Shown here: in pieces, positions 12,479 through 26,084 of the stretch
How the letters are laid out: every line of letters starts with the position of its first letter
Position numbering within the stretch: the stretch's first letter is position 1
DNA from: Octopus vulgaris
Lineage: Eukaryota
Length of the DNA stretch: 64,000 nucleotides
NCBI GenBank assembly: GCA_951406725.2
Contig: OX597816.1
Span: 10,912,001 to 10,976,000, forward strand
Direction: 5' to 3'
Translations under genes and position numbers: made by a program
The notes under the pieces: model-generated
Databases searched by the model: none
What the model was told of the DNA's origin: nothing
Seen by the model: the letters and a program-made list of their open reading frames with translations, nothing else

Positions 12479-12796
12479 AGGTATATATATATATATATGT
12501 AGGTATATATGTATATGTATTTATGATGTATGTATATCATATCATTATATTATATTATATATTATTATATAATTATACATGAGCAAACACATACGTTCGT
12601 TTATCCATCAATCTATCTATCCCTCTTTCTATTTATCCATCTATAATATGGTTATGTATATATATATATATAATCATATCAATATCCATCCCTCTATCTC
12701 ACTACCTCTATATCTACCCTTATATAATTGTATATATGTATATATATATACATACATATATATACATATACATACATATATATATATATATATATA

Positions 12797-12854
<58 letters not shown>

Positions 12855-13063
12855 TTATGTATGTATGTATGTATACACGTAAACATATATGTGTATCTGT
12901 GTATATAGATATATATGTTTGTATGTGTGTGTGTGTATATCAATATACTTATATTGAGCAATGCACATGCACACACACATATATATACACACACACATAT
13001 ATATACATACAGATATATATATACATAAATATATATATATACATACATATACTTATACACACA

Positions 13064-13126
<63 letters not shown>

Positions 13127-13505
13127 ATGTACGTATGCATGTGGTTTTGGAAGTAATTTTCTTTTGCCTGTCATCATTAGTGTGTTATTTTTCTTCCCTG
13201 CTTGTATATCTTCTAAGGAAAACGTGTTCACATCATTCAACACTGCCACTTGGAAGACTGTTTATTCTGACCTTTAAGGTATGGAAATAGAGCAAGCTCT
13301 CTTGAAAGTGGCCTATAAGGAGAAGTATGTATGTGAGTAGGTATTTATCGATCCACCTGTCCTCCTCTATATATAAAGATACACACACATATATGTGTGT
13401 GTGTGTATGTGTGTGTATGTGTGTGTATATATATATATGTGTGTAAGTGTGTGTGTGTGTATTTATATTTATATATGTGTATGTATGTATTTATATATAT
13501 GTATA

Positions 13506-13538
<33 letters not shown>

Positions 13539-13605
13539 GTATATAAATATTTGTGTGTTTGTGTGTATCTATATGCATCAGTATATATGTATATATATAC
13601 ATGTA

Positions 13606-13640
<35 letters not shown>

Positions 13641-13786
13641 GTATATGTATGTATATATGTGCTTGTGTGTATATATATGCATATATGTGTGTGTGTATAT
13701 ATATATATACATGTATATTTGCATATGGTTCTCTATATATAGATAAGGATATTCATGTACATATATACATACAAGCGTGCATCCAT

Positions 13787-13824
<38 letters not shown>

Positions 13825-14409
13825 TTACATACATGCATATATTCTTACACACGCACACATACATACATATATACATATATACATACATGCATTCATATAT
13901 ACATATATACATTCATACATACATACATAGATGCATATATAGATGCACACAGAGAAACTCAAGAGTTTTTATGTCAGCAATATGTTGTGTTTGGAATATA
14001 TCCATACAGAGATAACTTTATTTAGCCCCAGTATAATTGTGTAGTTGAGTAAACCTTTATTATATCCTTGTAATTTATTGCAAATATACATTTGTAAATC
14101 TTCATCATCTCCTTGATTTATTTTCCCTGTTGTGTATTCCTTCCTTTTCCTTTTATCTCGGGCCCTAAAATAACCACCGAAAGCAGTGTGCCAGTTTTGA
14201 TGTCTTGTTTATTTTTCTTGATCTAATAATCCACGTCTTTTGTGTTGATTGGTGATTATTTGGAGTTCAAGTGCCTTTTAACAGAAGGCATACATGTACA
14301 TTTGCGTATGCCCTTTCCTATGAACCTATATACATATATATATATACATATGTGCATATACATATTATTTACATATGTGTAGATATGTATATATCTGTAA
14401 ACACACACA

Positions 14410-14880
14410 TGCGCGGCTGTGTGGTAAGACGCTTGCTTCCTAGCCACAAGATACCAGGTTCAGTCTCACTGCGTGGCACCTTGGGGGAAGTGTCTTCTAC
14501 TATAGCCTCAGTTCATGCAAAGCCTTGTGAGTAGATTTGGTAGGCGGAAACTGTAAGAAGCCCGTCGTGTGTATGTATATATATAAATTAGAAAGGTTTT
14601 GACCAGTATTGGCTCAGACCATGTCTAACTTAATCGCACCACCTGGCGTAACTTAATAGCACTACCTATAAATATATATATATGTTTGTGTGTCTGTGTT
14701 TGTCCACCATTGATTGACAACCACTGTTGGTATGTTTAAGTCCCTGTAACTTAGCAGTTCGGTAAAAGGGACCAATAGAATAAGTACTAGGCTTACAAAG
14801 AATAAGTCCAGGGGTCAGTTTGTTCGACTGAAGTTGGTGCTCCAGCATGGCCATAGTCAAAATACTAAAGTAAAAGAATA
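14410..14880 (+). mobile_element. tRNA-derived SINE, family A (interrupted)
   Basis: ggctgtgtggtaag..ggttcagtc head, internal TA/TG tract, tail ..ctccagcatggcc..; more than 15 copies or fragments in the window. Confidence 0.85.
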
Positions 14881-14976
14881 TATACATACATACATATATA
14901 TATGTATACTCACACTCACACACAGACACACATTCCAATATATAGGTATACACATAACTGTATAAGTATATACATA

Positions 14977-15005
<29 letters not shown>

Positions 15006-15007
<2 letters not shown>

Positions 15008-15392
15008 CGTTGCTTTTATGCAAAAGTGTCCTAAGTCCCAAACATTGCTCTTCAGAAAGCCAAAAATTGGTTTCCAAATTCCATTTCATTTTACATTAGA
15101 AACAGTTTCAGCTCAACAATAATAGTTTGTTGAATGCATAAAATCATAACTCCATGCATGTATGATATTTTCAGTGAGAAATATTTTTGCAAAACTGTCG
15201 TATGTGGGACTTACTACACTTTTGAAAAATGTTAAATCATTGCACTACACTTTGACTGTTTTCATCTGAAGCAGCTGGAGAAACGACATTTTGACCAAAA
15301 GAACCGGCTATTGCAAGCAAAATTTAAATATTGAAAAAAACACATTTGGCCAAATTTGGACGTATGACAGTTTAACATAACAGCAACAAGAT
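15006..15392. mobile_element. MITE-like element with imperfect TIRs of about 33 bp
   Basis: atcgttgcttttatgcaaaagtgtcctaagtcc versus the reverse complement of ggacgtatgacagtttaacataacagcaacaagat. Confidence 0.5.
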
Positions 15393-16205
15393 ACTACACT
15401 CACGAGTAGTTGGCATTAGGAAGGGCATCCAGCCGTAGAAACATTGCCAGATCAAACTGGGCCTGGTGCAGCCTTCTGGCTTCCCAGACTCCAGTTGAAC
15501 CGTCCAACCCATGCCAGCATGGAAAGCGGATGCTAAATGAAATGATGATGATGATGATGATATAAGTGTGTGTGTATTTATATATATATATATATATATT
15601 TATGGGTATATGTGTACACTGGTGTGTGGGGGATGCCCGCATGTGTATATAAAAATATATAGATGGATGTAGGTGGGTACATGTATGTATATGCATGTAT
15701 AAATGTATACATATGGACACGTGTATGTACATCCGTATATGTATGTGTGTATGTATGCATGTGGGTACGTATATATAAGTGTAGGGGTGTGTGATTAACC
15801 TTCAGCTATATAGATGTGGAGCGAGCCAGACACTCTGCATGCCTCCGGTGTCTCGGGGTAACCGTGATAACAATCTTATGGTGGCATTGTTTTCCAACCA
15901 TTAATTATACAAACCACAGCTGATAACGATCATATGGGCAGGTGGGCTGACGTCCCTCGTGTGAGTGTATATATGTAGGTATATGCATCCTGACCTAATC
16001 TAACTAGCTGAACAATCTTCTGTCTGCTAGATATTCTGGCCTGTATATATCGTTCCCTTCTTATTCTTGTAATATTTCTTTGTCTTAAACCCAATGTATT
16101 AGGTTGTTCTGGAAAAATTAACAATAGAAATGTTTGGATTAGTCAAAGTATAAGCCATGAACATCTATGCATCTCTGCCAGCAATCAATGAGACTATTTA
16201 TGCCT

Positions 16206-16490
16206 CATCATCATCATCGTTTAACGTCTGCTTTCCATGCTAGCATGGGTTGGACGATTTGACTGAGGACTGGCGAACCAGATGGCTGCACCAGGCTCCA
16301 ATCTGATCTGGCAGAGTTTCTACAGCTGGATGCCATTCCTAATGCCAACCACTCTGAGAGTGTAGTAGGTGCTTTTACGTGCCACCGGTACGAGGGCCAG
16401 TCAGGCGGTACTGGCAACGGCCATACTCAAATGCTGTTTTTTTTGTGCCACCTGCACAGGAGCCAGTCCAGTGGCACTGGCAACAACCTC
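16206..16490 (-). mobile_element. Family C RTE tail
   Basis: Same signature as 9455-9840; abuts the mariner remnant. Confidence 0.85.
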
Positions 16491-17201
16491 TTTTTGGGAT
16501 TGTGTTTTGGCACTATGTCTCTATCCAACCAGCATGTAGAACACTTGCTGTTGTTGAAAAGGATCCATTTCTCATCACATGTAACAATACGATGTAAAAA
16601 TGGTTCTTTTTTATGCTGTGATAGCAAAGAATAGCAAGTTTCAAGATGACATGTCAATTGATGCTCGTTCAGTTTGTGTGGTACCCACTTGTCCAGCTTC
16701 TTTACCTTACTGATTTGTCTCAGATTGTCTAATACAGCTGGAATTGAAGCATCAAACCTTGCTGCTTACTCACGCGTAGTTTGAGATGTATCCGCTTCCA
16801 CTACAGTTTCCAGCCCATCACTATCCACCTTGGGTTCAGGTCTACCATGGGGCTGAGTTTCCGAGAATAAAATCACCGGACCTGAACTTCTCAAACCATC
16901 GACATACATCTTCACCAAATACCTCATTGATGTTTCAAGCTGTCTGAGATGCATTGGTTCCATGACAGAACTCATATTCATAAACAACACAAATTGTTTA
17001 TCTATCCATGGATTCACAAAAATTGATTTATAAGAGAAATCTCTCAATATAATCAGACACCATGAAATGCATTTCAAAAAGTGATAATGTCACACTTCAG
17101 TGTTGTAAAACAAAGAATTGTCAAGATAAAACATTAGAGTTAACGACTGTCAAACTTGGTGCATAACAAAACTGGACATTTCATTCTTAATGACCTGATA
17201 T
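16490..17201 (-). mobile_element. Mariner transposon 5' remnant (transposase pseudogene)
   Basis: Minus strand gives ..QPHGRPEPKVD..SQTTRE*..KLDKWVPHKL..PFLHRIVTCDEKWILFNN (WVPHEL-like and first catalytic D motifs); TIR-like tatcaggtcattaag at about 17200. Confidence 0.9.
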
Positions 17202-17554
17202 ATTGCAGTATTTGTTCTGATTCTCTGTACTCTGAGTTCAATTCCTGTGAAAATCAGATTTGCATTTTGCCTTTTTTGGGGTTAGATAAATATGCTGCAG
17301 TCCAGGATGGCTGATTTGCAGAATTATTAACTTGAAGCTAGCATGCGGTTCTATATTGTCTGAAGCAAAATTCCAGTTTGGTGCCAATGTCTAAGGCTAT
17401 TCATCCAAACATTGGAACAACTTATGGAACCTGCAATTTGGCAGTAAGATACATTGGCCATGCACAAACCAACACCGGCTCGCTGAGGTTGGGTAGGCAA
17501 GACTGGGAATAAAAGGTGGGGGTTGAATGAAAGAAAACAGATATTGATATAAAA

Positions 17555-18215
17555 GATGATGTCGATGATGATGATGATGGTGATGGTGGTGGTGGTGGTG
17601 ATGATGATGAAGGCGATGATTCTGATGATGATGATGATTCTTATGATGATGATGATGATGATGAGATGAAGGAGGATGAAGATGATGACAATGACAAAGA
17701 TAGTGATGATGATGATAATGATGATGTTGTTGGCGATGATGATGATGATGATAGTAACAATGACAATGAGAATGATGATGATGATGATGAGTTGAAGGAG
17801 GATTAAGATGATGACAATGACAAAGATGGTGATGATGATGATAATGATGATATTGTTGGCGATGATGATGATGATGATAGTAACAATGACAATGAGAATG
17901 ATGATGATGATGATGAGTTGAAGGAGGATTAAGATGATGACAATGACAAAGATGGTGATGATGATGATAATGATGATATTGTTGGCGATGATGATGATGA
18001 TGATAGTAACAATGACAATGAGTATGATGATGATGATGATGATGAGTTGAAGGAGGATTAAGACGATGACAATGACGAAGATGGTGATAATGATGATGAT
18101 GGTAATGTTGTTAATGATGTTATCAATGATGATGACGATGAGAATGCTGATGCTGGAGATGACAATAACAATGTGATGATGATGATGATGATGATGATAA
18201 TGATGATGATGATGA
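17555..18215. repeat. (GAT)n tract with about 126-bp higher-order repeat
   Basis: gaaggagga landmark at 17668, 17794, 17920 and 18049. Confidence 0.9.
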
Positions 18216-18517
18216 CAGGTGGTTAGATTCCCCAGCTTCTACTCGTTTTTGTGCCACACACTGTACACAAATAGACATTAGAGTAAGAAGATTCCAGTTT
18301 AAATAAAAACATGCATTTCCACTTAAATCCAAGTTAACCATTAATGGATTAAATTCGATATAATTTAAACCTTGATTAAGTTTCATATATTCTAAAACTT
18401 ATTCCTTTTAAAAATATATTTTTCCACTTTGCTAAATTACGAACAAGGATGATTTCAAAACGAATGTATTCAAAGTGTCATTTTTACTTTCATTTTTTTC
18501 TTTATATTTCATTTTCC

Positions 18518-18910
18518 ATCATCATCATCATCATCATCACCGTTTAACGACTGCTTTCCATGCTAGCATGGGTTGGACGATTTTGACTGAGGGCGAGCGA
18601 ACCAGAAGGCTGCACCAGGCTCCAGTCTTGATCCGGCAGAGTTTCTACAGCTGGATGCCCTTCCTAATGCCAACAACTCCGAGAGTGTAGTGGGTGCTTT
18701 TTTCCATGCCACCAGCACGGGGGCCAGTCAGGCAGTAATGGCAACGACCTCGCTCGAATCTTTTTACACATTCCACCGACACAGGTGCCAGTAAGGCGAC
18801 GTTGATAATGATCAAGCTCGAATGGTGCCCTTTTATGTGCCACTGGCATGGAAGCCAGTTGGCTGCTCTAGCAACGATCACACTCGGATGGTGCTCTTGG
18901 CACCCTACTA
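18518..18910 (-). mobile_element. Family C RTE tail
   Basis: Family signature with (CAT)n at the left end. Confidence 0.85.
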
Positions 18911-19114
18911 GGACCATGTTTTTTTACATTTTATCTTCCATCTTTTACTTGTTTCAATCATTTGAACGAAGAGACTCCACTATTTTCTTTTTCCAGGCTT
19001 TGGTACTTATATTTCTGTATAGCAGTTCAGCTTTTGCTGAGCTGATAAATTACAGGGATGTAAGCAAACCAACAGCAGTTGTCAAGCAATGATGATGGAA
19101 CACACACACACAAA

Positions 19115-20371
19115 TCCTGTTTTCGTTACCAGCTTTGACCCTCAGCAAATACCAAATTTTATTTAATTTGCTTTGTGGAAGCGACTGTTTTGACGAAGAC
19201 ACATCTTGTCCTAACAATCAAAATGCAGAGTAGATAAAACAGTGGTCAACTGACGAAGGGATTGTTCTTTATGTTGCCTGTCTCGTTTTTTTATTAGTTT
19301 CTTTCTTTGTTCAAAAATAGTTTGTTTTCCATGTTCTTGTTTGTCATGCTGTTTATGTTTTTTGATGTCCTGTACCCATTCCCTTCCTTCCTGAGCGTCC
19401 AATAATACTATATTTGTTCCACGTCCTCGCGTTGTTGTGTTTTCTCTTTGTGTTTTCATGTTTGGATTAACTTTCACGGAGTGGTTGGCGTTAGGAAGGG
19501 CATCCAGCTGTAGAAACATTGCCAGATAAGACCGGAGCCTGGTGCAGCCTTCTGGCTTTCCAGATCCCCGGTCGAACCATCCAACCCATGCTAGCATGGA
19601 GAACGGACATTAAACGATGATGATGATGATGATGATGATGTATGCATGTATGTATGTATATATGCATATATATGTACACACATACACACATATATGTGTG
19701 TCTGTGAGTGTCACTTATATTATTATATGATTGAATGCCACACATCCATTTCCAAGTAAGTTTTATTTTCATAATTCTGATGTGATACTATTCTATCACT
19801 ATATTCCTCTCTCTCTTCCTCTTTCTATATTCTTTTTTCCCTCTCACACTTCCTCTAATTTTTCTCCCCCTTCACCGCTCTCTATCTGTCCCTCTCTCTC
19901 CCTCACTCTTCCTCCTTGACTTTCTCGTTGCTCACACGTGACCAGCAGCCATCTTTCTGCTCGTAACTCAAATTTCTTTCTTCTCATTCAGCTACAATGC
20001 ATTTTTGTCTGTCTCCTGCCAAAGCTTGTTTCTCCAGCATTCACCACTTTACCTCGTTATGGCTTAACAATCCTTACCGTTTGTTTTAACTGTCTGTTTT
20101 TGTTACCAACTTTGACCTTCTGTAAATCCCAAATTTGATTTCATTTGCTTTGTGGAAGCGACTGTTTTGACGAAGACACATCTTGTCCTAACAATCAAAA
20201 TGCAGAGTAGATAAAACAATGGACAACTGATGAAGGGATTGTTCTTTATGTTGCCTGTCACGTTTGTTTTATTTGTTTCTTTTATTTTTCAAAATAAGTT
20301 TGTTTTCCATGTTTTTGTATTTCATGATCTCGTTTTTCATGTTGTTTACGTTTGTTGATGTCCTGTACCCA
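19115..20371 (+). repeat. Dispersed direct repeat pair of about 260-280 bp (19115-19378 and 20090-20371)
   Basis: Shared core tttgctttgtggaagcgactgttttgacgaagacacatcttgtcc...; both end in gatgtcctgtaccca. Confidence 0.85.
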
Positions 20372-21194
20372 TATATACATGTGTATGTACATATATAAGT
20401 ATGTACATGTATGTATATATGCATATATATATTATTTATATTATTATATATATAAATATGTATACACACACACACACACATACACACACACACACACACA
20501 CACCATATAAAATGGTAAAGATCCCTTAGGTTATTCATGGCCATGGGATTCCCACTTAGAAAGTTACCTTCATGATACAAATCCAAGCCACGTTGTTTAT
20601 GGAAGAACAGCAGTCACCCATGCATACCAGCCTTGCTTCTCCATGTGACCAATGTTATCCAAGGGAAAGGCAAATGCTGATACAGCTTGGCACCAGTGAC
20701 GTTGCAACTCATTTCTACAGCTGAGTGAAATGAAGTGATGTGAAATAAAGTGTCATGCTCAAGAAGACAACACACAATCGAACTCACTACCTCATGATTG
20801 TGAGCCTGACATTCTAACCACCAAGCCATGACCTTCACACACACAGATATATGTGTATACATATATAGATATATATCATCATCATCATATAACGTCTGTT
20901 TTCCATGCTGGCGTGGGTTGGACAGTTTGACTGAGGACTGGTAAGTCAGAAGGCTGCACCAGGCCTCAATCTGATCTGGCAATGTTTCAACAGCTGGATG
21001 CCCTTCCTGACACCAACCACTCCATGAGTGTAGTGGGTGCTTTTTATGTGCCACCGGCACAGGAGCCAGTCAGGTGTGCCTGGCATCGTTCACGTTTGGA
21101 TAGTGCGTTTTATGTGCCACTGGCACAAGAGCCAACACACACACACACACACACACATACACACTCTGTCTTCCATATCAATCATATTTAATAT

Positions 21195-21380
21195 ATAGGG
21201 AGAGTTTACGAAAAAAACAAAAGATGAAGACAGGTGGTGTACAAAACAAACAGATGTATTAGTATAACACTCGGGAATAGAAAAAAGTCTTTTATGTTTC
21301 GAGCCTATGCTCTTCTACAGAAAGGGACAGAGAAAGAAACAAGGAGAGAAAAAAAAATGTGTGTTGTGGCTAACGATCTA
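21195..21380 (-). mobile_element. Family E-related repeat with variant minimal hammerhead
   Basis: Minus strand cttt-CTGTAGA-A-GAGC-atag-GCTC-GAAA-ca-TA-aaag. Confidence 0.55.
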
Positions 21381-22117
21381 TCATGGCGACTGGGATTCCC
21401 ACTTAGAAAGTTACCATATATATATTTACTATATATATATATGTATATATATATATATGCTTCTTTTAATTTCCATCTCCCTAATCCACTCATAAGGCTT
21501 TGATCAACCTAAGGCCACTGTTGAAGACATTTACTGAGGGTTCCAGATGGTGGGACTGAACCTGAAACCTCATGGTTGGGAAACAAACTTCTTAACCACA
21601 CAGCAATTTGTTTGTATCTTTATTAATGTTTTTGCCATTTCTTTTCTTATTTCGCTTTTAAGGATTTATATTTAGAATATAATATTGATGTGATGGATAT
21701 GATAAATTTATTGACCACCCCCTTAGGTATCTCAGAGATTTTTGCTGAGATTAGTGAAAAAAAAAAATAGAAAAGGAAAATGAAATTAGATGGGAAATTT
21801 TTTTGTGAAACTCCCCTTAGGTTAAACAAGTCTGAAGTTAAAATGTGGTTAAAATCTTTTGTTACTGAAGAAAAAAATGTAGAATTTGAAGCAAAAATCT
21901 GTGATGAAGAATATTCTAATTTGTGTCATACATCGTAAAGTTACTTTGAAAAAGGCAGGAAACCAAGTTCATTTGGAATACTGTTCTGTGTTAGACTTTT
22001 GCTTCAGATGTCAATTACATTAAGTTTCACATTCTTTGATGTCTCCAAATACTGTAGTCTAATCTTTTGTCTTCACAATGCTGTGTTCCGACATTTCTGA
22101 CGATAAACATTTACAGA

Positions 22118-22357
22118 GCTTTATGAGTAATGCTTGATGAGTTATACTTTATGAGTAATGCTTTATGAGTAATACTTCATGAGTAATACTTTATGAGTAA
22201 TGCTTTATGAGTAATACTTTTTGAGTAATGATTTATGAGTAATACTTTGAGTAATGCTTTATGAGTAACACTTTATGAGTAATGCTTTATGAGTAACACT
22301 TTATGAGTAACACTTTGTGAGTAATGCTTTATGAGTAATTCTTAATGAGTAATACTT
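22118..22357. repeat. 14-bp minisatellite (tttatgagtaatRc), about 17 units
   Basis: Directly visible tandem array. Confidence 0.95.
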
Positions 22358-22789
22358 TTTGTCCCTCATTCATTCATGTAAACTGTCTTTTTTTTGTCTT
22401 TTGATCGTTTCAATCATTGGATTGCGGCCATGCTGGGGCACTGCCTTGAAGAACTTTTAGTCAAATGAATCAACTTCAGATTTCTTTTAAAACCTATTGC
22501 TTATTCTAACAGAGTTCACAGTGAGGTAAACAATAATGGATTTGTTCTGGCTGATGTATGAAATCTCGCCCATTTGAAATCTTATCTTTATAAAATTTTA
22601 CCTGAGGATGGTGGATTCTATGTTAGATGTAGTCTATAGATACATTAATAAAAATCTACTGAAAAAAACCGTCGCAAATTTTAAACCCAATTTGTGTATA
22701 CTTTTTATATACATATATATGCAACACATGCAATTGTGGTTGTATTAAATCAAAATAGCTATCTAACAGCTATATACTTGGTATATATA

Positions 22790-23030
22790 TCGTGGCACTC
22801 TGTTGGTCACAACGACGAGGGTTCAAGTTAATATGATCAATGGAACAACCTGCTCGTGAAATAAACGTGCAAGTGGCTGAGCACTCCACAGACATGTGTA
22901 CACTTAATGTAGTTCTCGGGGAGATTCAGCGTGACACTGAGTGTTACAAAGCTGGCCCTTTGAAATACAGGAACAACGGAAACGGGAAGAAAGAGTGAGA
23001 GAAAGTTGTGATGAAAGAGTACAGCAGTAT
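22790..23030 (-). mobile_element. SINE family B 3' half
   Basis: Reverse complement of about 52320-52555. Confidence 0.8.
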
Positions 23031-23039
23031 AAGTATATA

Positions 23040-23759
23040 CGTATGTATGTATGTATGTATGTATGTATGTATGTATGTATGTATGTATGTATGTATGTAT
23101 GTATGTATGTATGTATGTATGTATGTATGTATGTATGTATGTATGTATGTATGTATGTATGTATGTATGTATGTATGTATGTATGTATGTGCGTGTGTAT
23201 GTATGTGTGTGTGTATGTATGTATGTATGTATGTATGTATGTATGTATGTATGTATGTATGTATGTATGTATGTATGTATGTGTGTATGTATGTATGTGT
23301 GTATGTATGTATGTATGTATGTATGTGTGTATGTATGTGTGTGTGTATGTATGTATGTATGTATGTATGTATGTATGTATGTATGTATGTGTGTGTGTAT
23401 GTATGTATGTATGTATGCATGCATGTATGTATGTATGTAAGTATGTATGTATGCATCCATGTATTTATGTATGTAGGTATATATATATATATATATATGT
23501 ATGTATGCATGTATGTATGTATTTATGTATGTATGTATGTATGTATTTATGCATGTAAGTATGTATGTATGTAAGTATATGTGTATGTATGCATGCATGT
23601 ATGTATTTATGTATGAAGGTATATATGTATGCATGCATGCATGTATGTATGTATGTATTTATGTATTTAAGTATGTATGTATATATGTATGCATGCATGT
23701 ATTTATGTATGTATGTATGTATGTATGTATGTATGTATGTATGTATGTATGTATGCATG

Positions 23760-23788
<29 letters not shown>
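23040..23788. repeat. (TATG)n microsatellite, about 750 bp
   Basis: Directly visible; produces the MYVC/HTYI ORFs. Confidence 0.98.
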
Positions 23789-23792
<4 letters not shown>

Positions 23793-24199
23793 GAGCTGGG
23801 AGTGGATCACAATATGGCAGTATTAAAAAGCTTGCGCCGTTGGATTTCTGCGGTGAATCAATTGTAAGTATATCCTTCCAATATTTATCAACAGCAAGTA
23901 TCTACCTTTGTTATTAGCAACACAGCCTTCAAATGATATAAAGCCTTATGGATTCTTTTGTAGCAAATATGTAAGTTGTATAGCAAATGTATATAATGTT
24001 TCAATCTATATAATCTCATTGAATATCGATTATGAGGTTTGTATTTCCTCTTACTCCTGTCTTACTTCTTCTGTTTTGTTGGTTGGTTGGTTTGGTTTTG
24101 TGTCTTTGTGTCATGACCTAATCATGCCTGCCTATTGCTGGTCTTTCTTTGCCTTTTTTTCTACTGATTTTAGTATGGAATATCATTTTAGGAAGTGAA

Positions 24200-25230
24200 A
24201 GGGAAAATGGTTTTGGAGAAAAGTCACAGGGAAAAATTGTTTGTAAAATGTCACAAAGGGAAAATATCACTTGACAGTGGTAACAAACTCTTAAAGTAGC
24301 TGAACAGAAAAAGGTCTTCAGAGAAGAAACCCCTGTCAAACAAGTGTTATGACCCTTAATTTCTTACACTCTAAGGGTCATGACTCCTGGGTGCTCTTTT
24401 ACTGACACTTTTTAACCACTTGGATATCAGAGACTTGTGCATTTAAAATAGCTATTAGAAGGTAAAATGTCAATGGAAAAATAATAGGAAAAAATGTCAT
24501 GGAAAAAAAATGTCAGAGGGAAAAATTTCCATGGGGGAAATATGTCACTGGATGAAAGCCATGGGAGAAAAGTTCATAGGTGAAATATCCAATTAAAAAG
24601 ATTATTAGGTAAAAGTCAAAGGGAAAAATGTCACATAGAAAAAAGTTATTGAGTAAAAGTCACTGGGAAAAATCATTGGATGATAACCATAAGGAAAATT
24701 GTTACAGGAAAAAGTCACAGGGAAAAGTAATTAAATAAAAGTGACAGGGAAAAGTTCATTGGATAATAATCATAGAGAAAATTATTACTGGAAAATACTG
24801 TAGGGAAAATGTTGCTGGAAAAAGTCACAGGGAAAAATGTCAGTGGAAAAATGTCACAGGAAAAAGCCTTGAATAAAAGTGACAGGGAAAAATGTCACTT
24901 GAGAAAAAAAAAAGACACACGGAAATGTGACAAGGAAAAATATCATTAGCAAAAAAACATAGGAGAAAGCATTTGCTGAAAATGTCACAGAAAAATATTA
25001 TTGGATAAAAGGTACAAGGAAAAAAATGTCACCAGAGAAAAAAAAGACAGGAAGAAATGACGGGGGAAAATATCACTAGGAATAAAACATAGTGGTAAAA
25101 AGTTACCAAATATGTCATAGGGGAAAAAATAATTGGATAAACATTGTAAGGAAAATTCACAGAAAGAATTCCCAGGGAAAAAGAAACAGCACAGAAAAAA
25201 TACTCTGGCAAAAAACATGAAAAAATGAAA
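24200..25230. repeat. Degenerate 15-bp repeat array (ggaaaaatgtcacag-like), probable DNA-transposon subterminal repeats
   Basis: Dozens of diverged gaaaaa(a/t)gtcac(a/t)g units; transposon origin is inference. Confidence 0.7.
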
Positions 25231-26084
25231 AATTCACAAACTATGTCAAACCTTCACCTCACCCCCAAAAATGTCAAGACAAGTTACAATAATGTCATAA
25301 AACCGTCACAAAAATGGTTGGAAATATAATATGATATGATAAAAAGTCAGTGGGAGACTTTGATGAATAATTTGATTTGAATTTTATGTTTTGTGTTTTA
25401 TTTGGCATAAAATGAGACATGATTTTGTTTTTTCACTTTGAAGTATAACAAGTATATGAATTGTAGTGTTGTCACATACAATTTATGATCAATTAATAAA
25501 GGAATTAAAATAATTGTTTAATTGCTTTCAATATTGATATTTAAGTGAAATGTGACATTTTAATTTTTTTCCTGTGATGTCTGATGCCCGAGCTAAAATT
25601 ATATTTCCTCAATGGATATATTTTTTTTGTGACTATATTTTCATTCCCCACTTTTATTTCCTTCAAATTTGTTCTAAATTACCATTAATTATTTCCTGAG
25701 TAACATAAACTTTCTTGGACATGCAGAAATATCTCATCATCTTCATCATCATCATTGATATCATCGTTGTCATCATTATCATCATCATCATCATTTAACA
25801 TGTTTTCCATACTGGCATGGGCTGGATGGTTTGACAGGAGCTGGCACTAGGCTCCAGTGGTCTGTTTTGGCAAGGTTTTTTTTTCAGCTGGATGCTCTTC
25901 CTAACACCAACCACTTTACAGAGACAGTCAGAAAGAGACAGAAAGAGAGAGAGAAAGGGCCTACCCTCGGGGAACAGTATGGATAAGTCTAAGTAACATT
26001 ACGAATTATATCTTGGACTGTAGATATTGCTGTTATGCATTTCTATGTCTAGTATGATAAGAGACGATAAAAACTACTCAGTGT

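Noticed and set aside
22592-22682. Hammerhead with CTGAGGA...GAAA...GTC
   Set aside because: Stem III is destroyed (gaaaaaaaccgtc) and stem I is mismatched; counted only as a relic.
22118-25230. CRISPR-like appearance of the 14-bp and 15-bp arrays
   Set aside because: Contiguous or degenerate tandem units without unique spacers, no cas genes, and a eukaryotic context.
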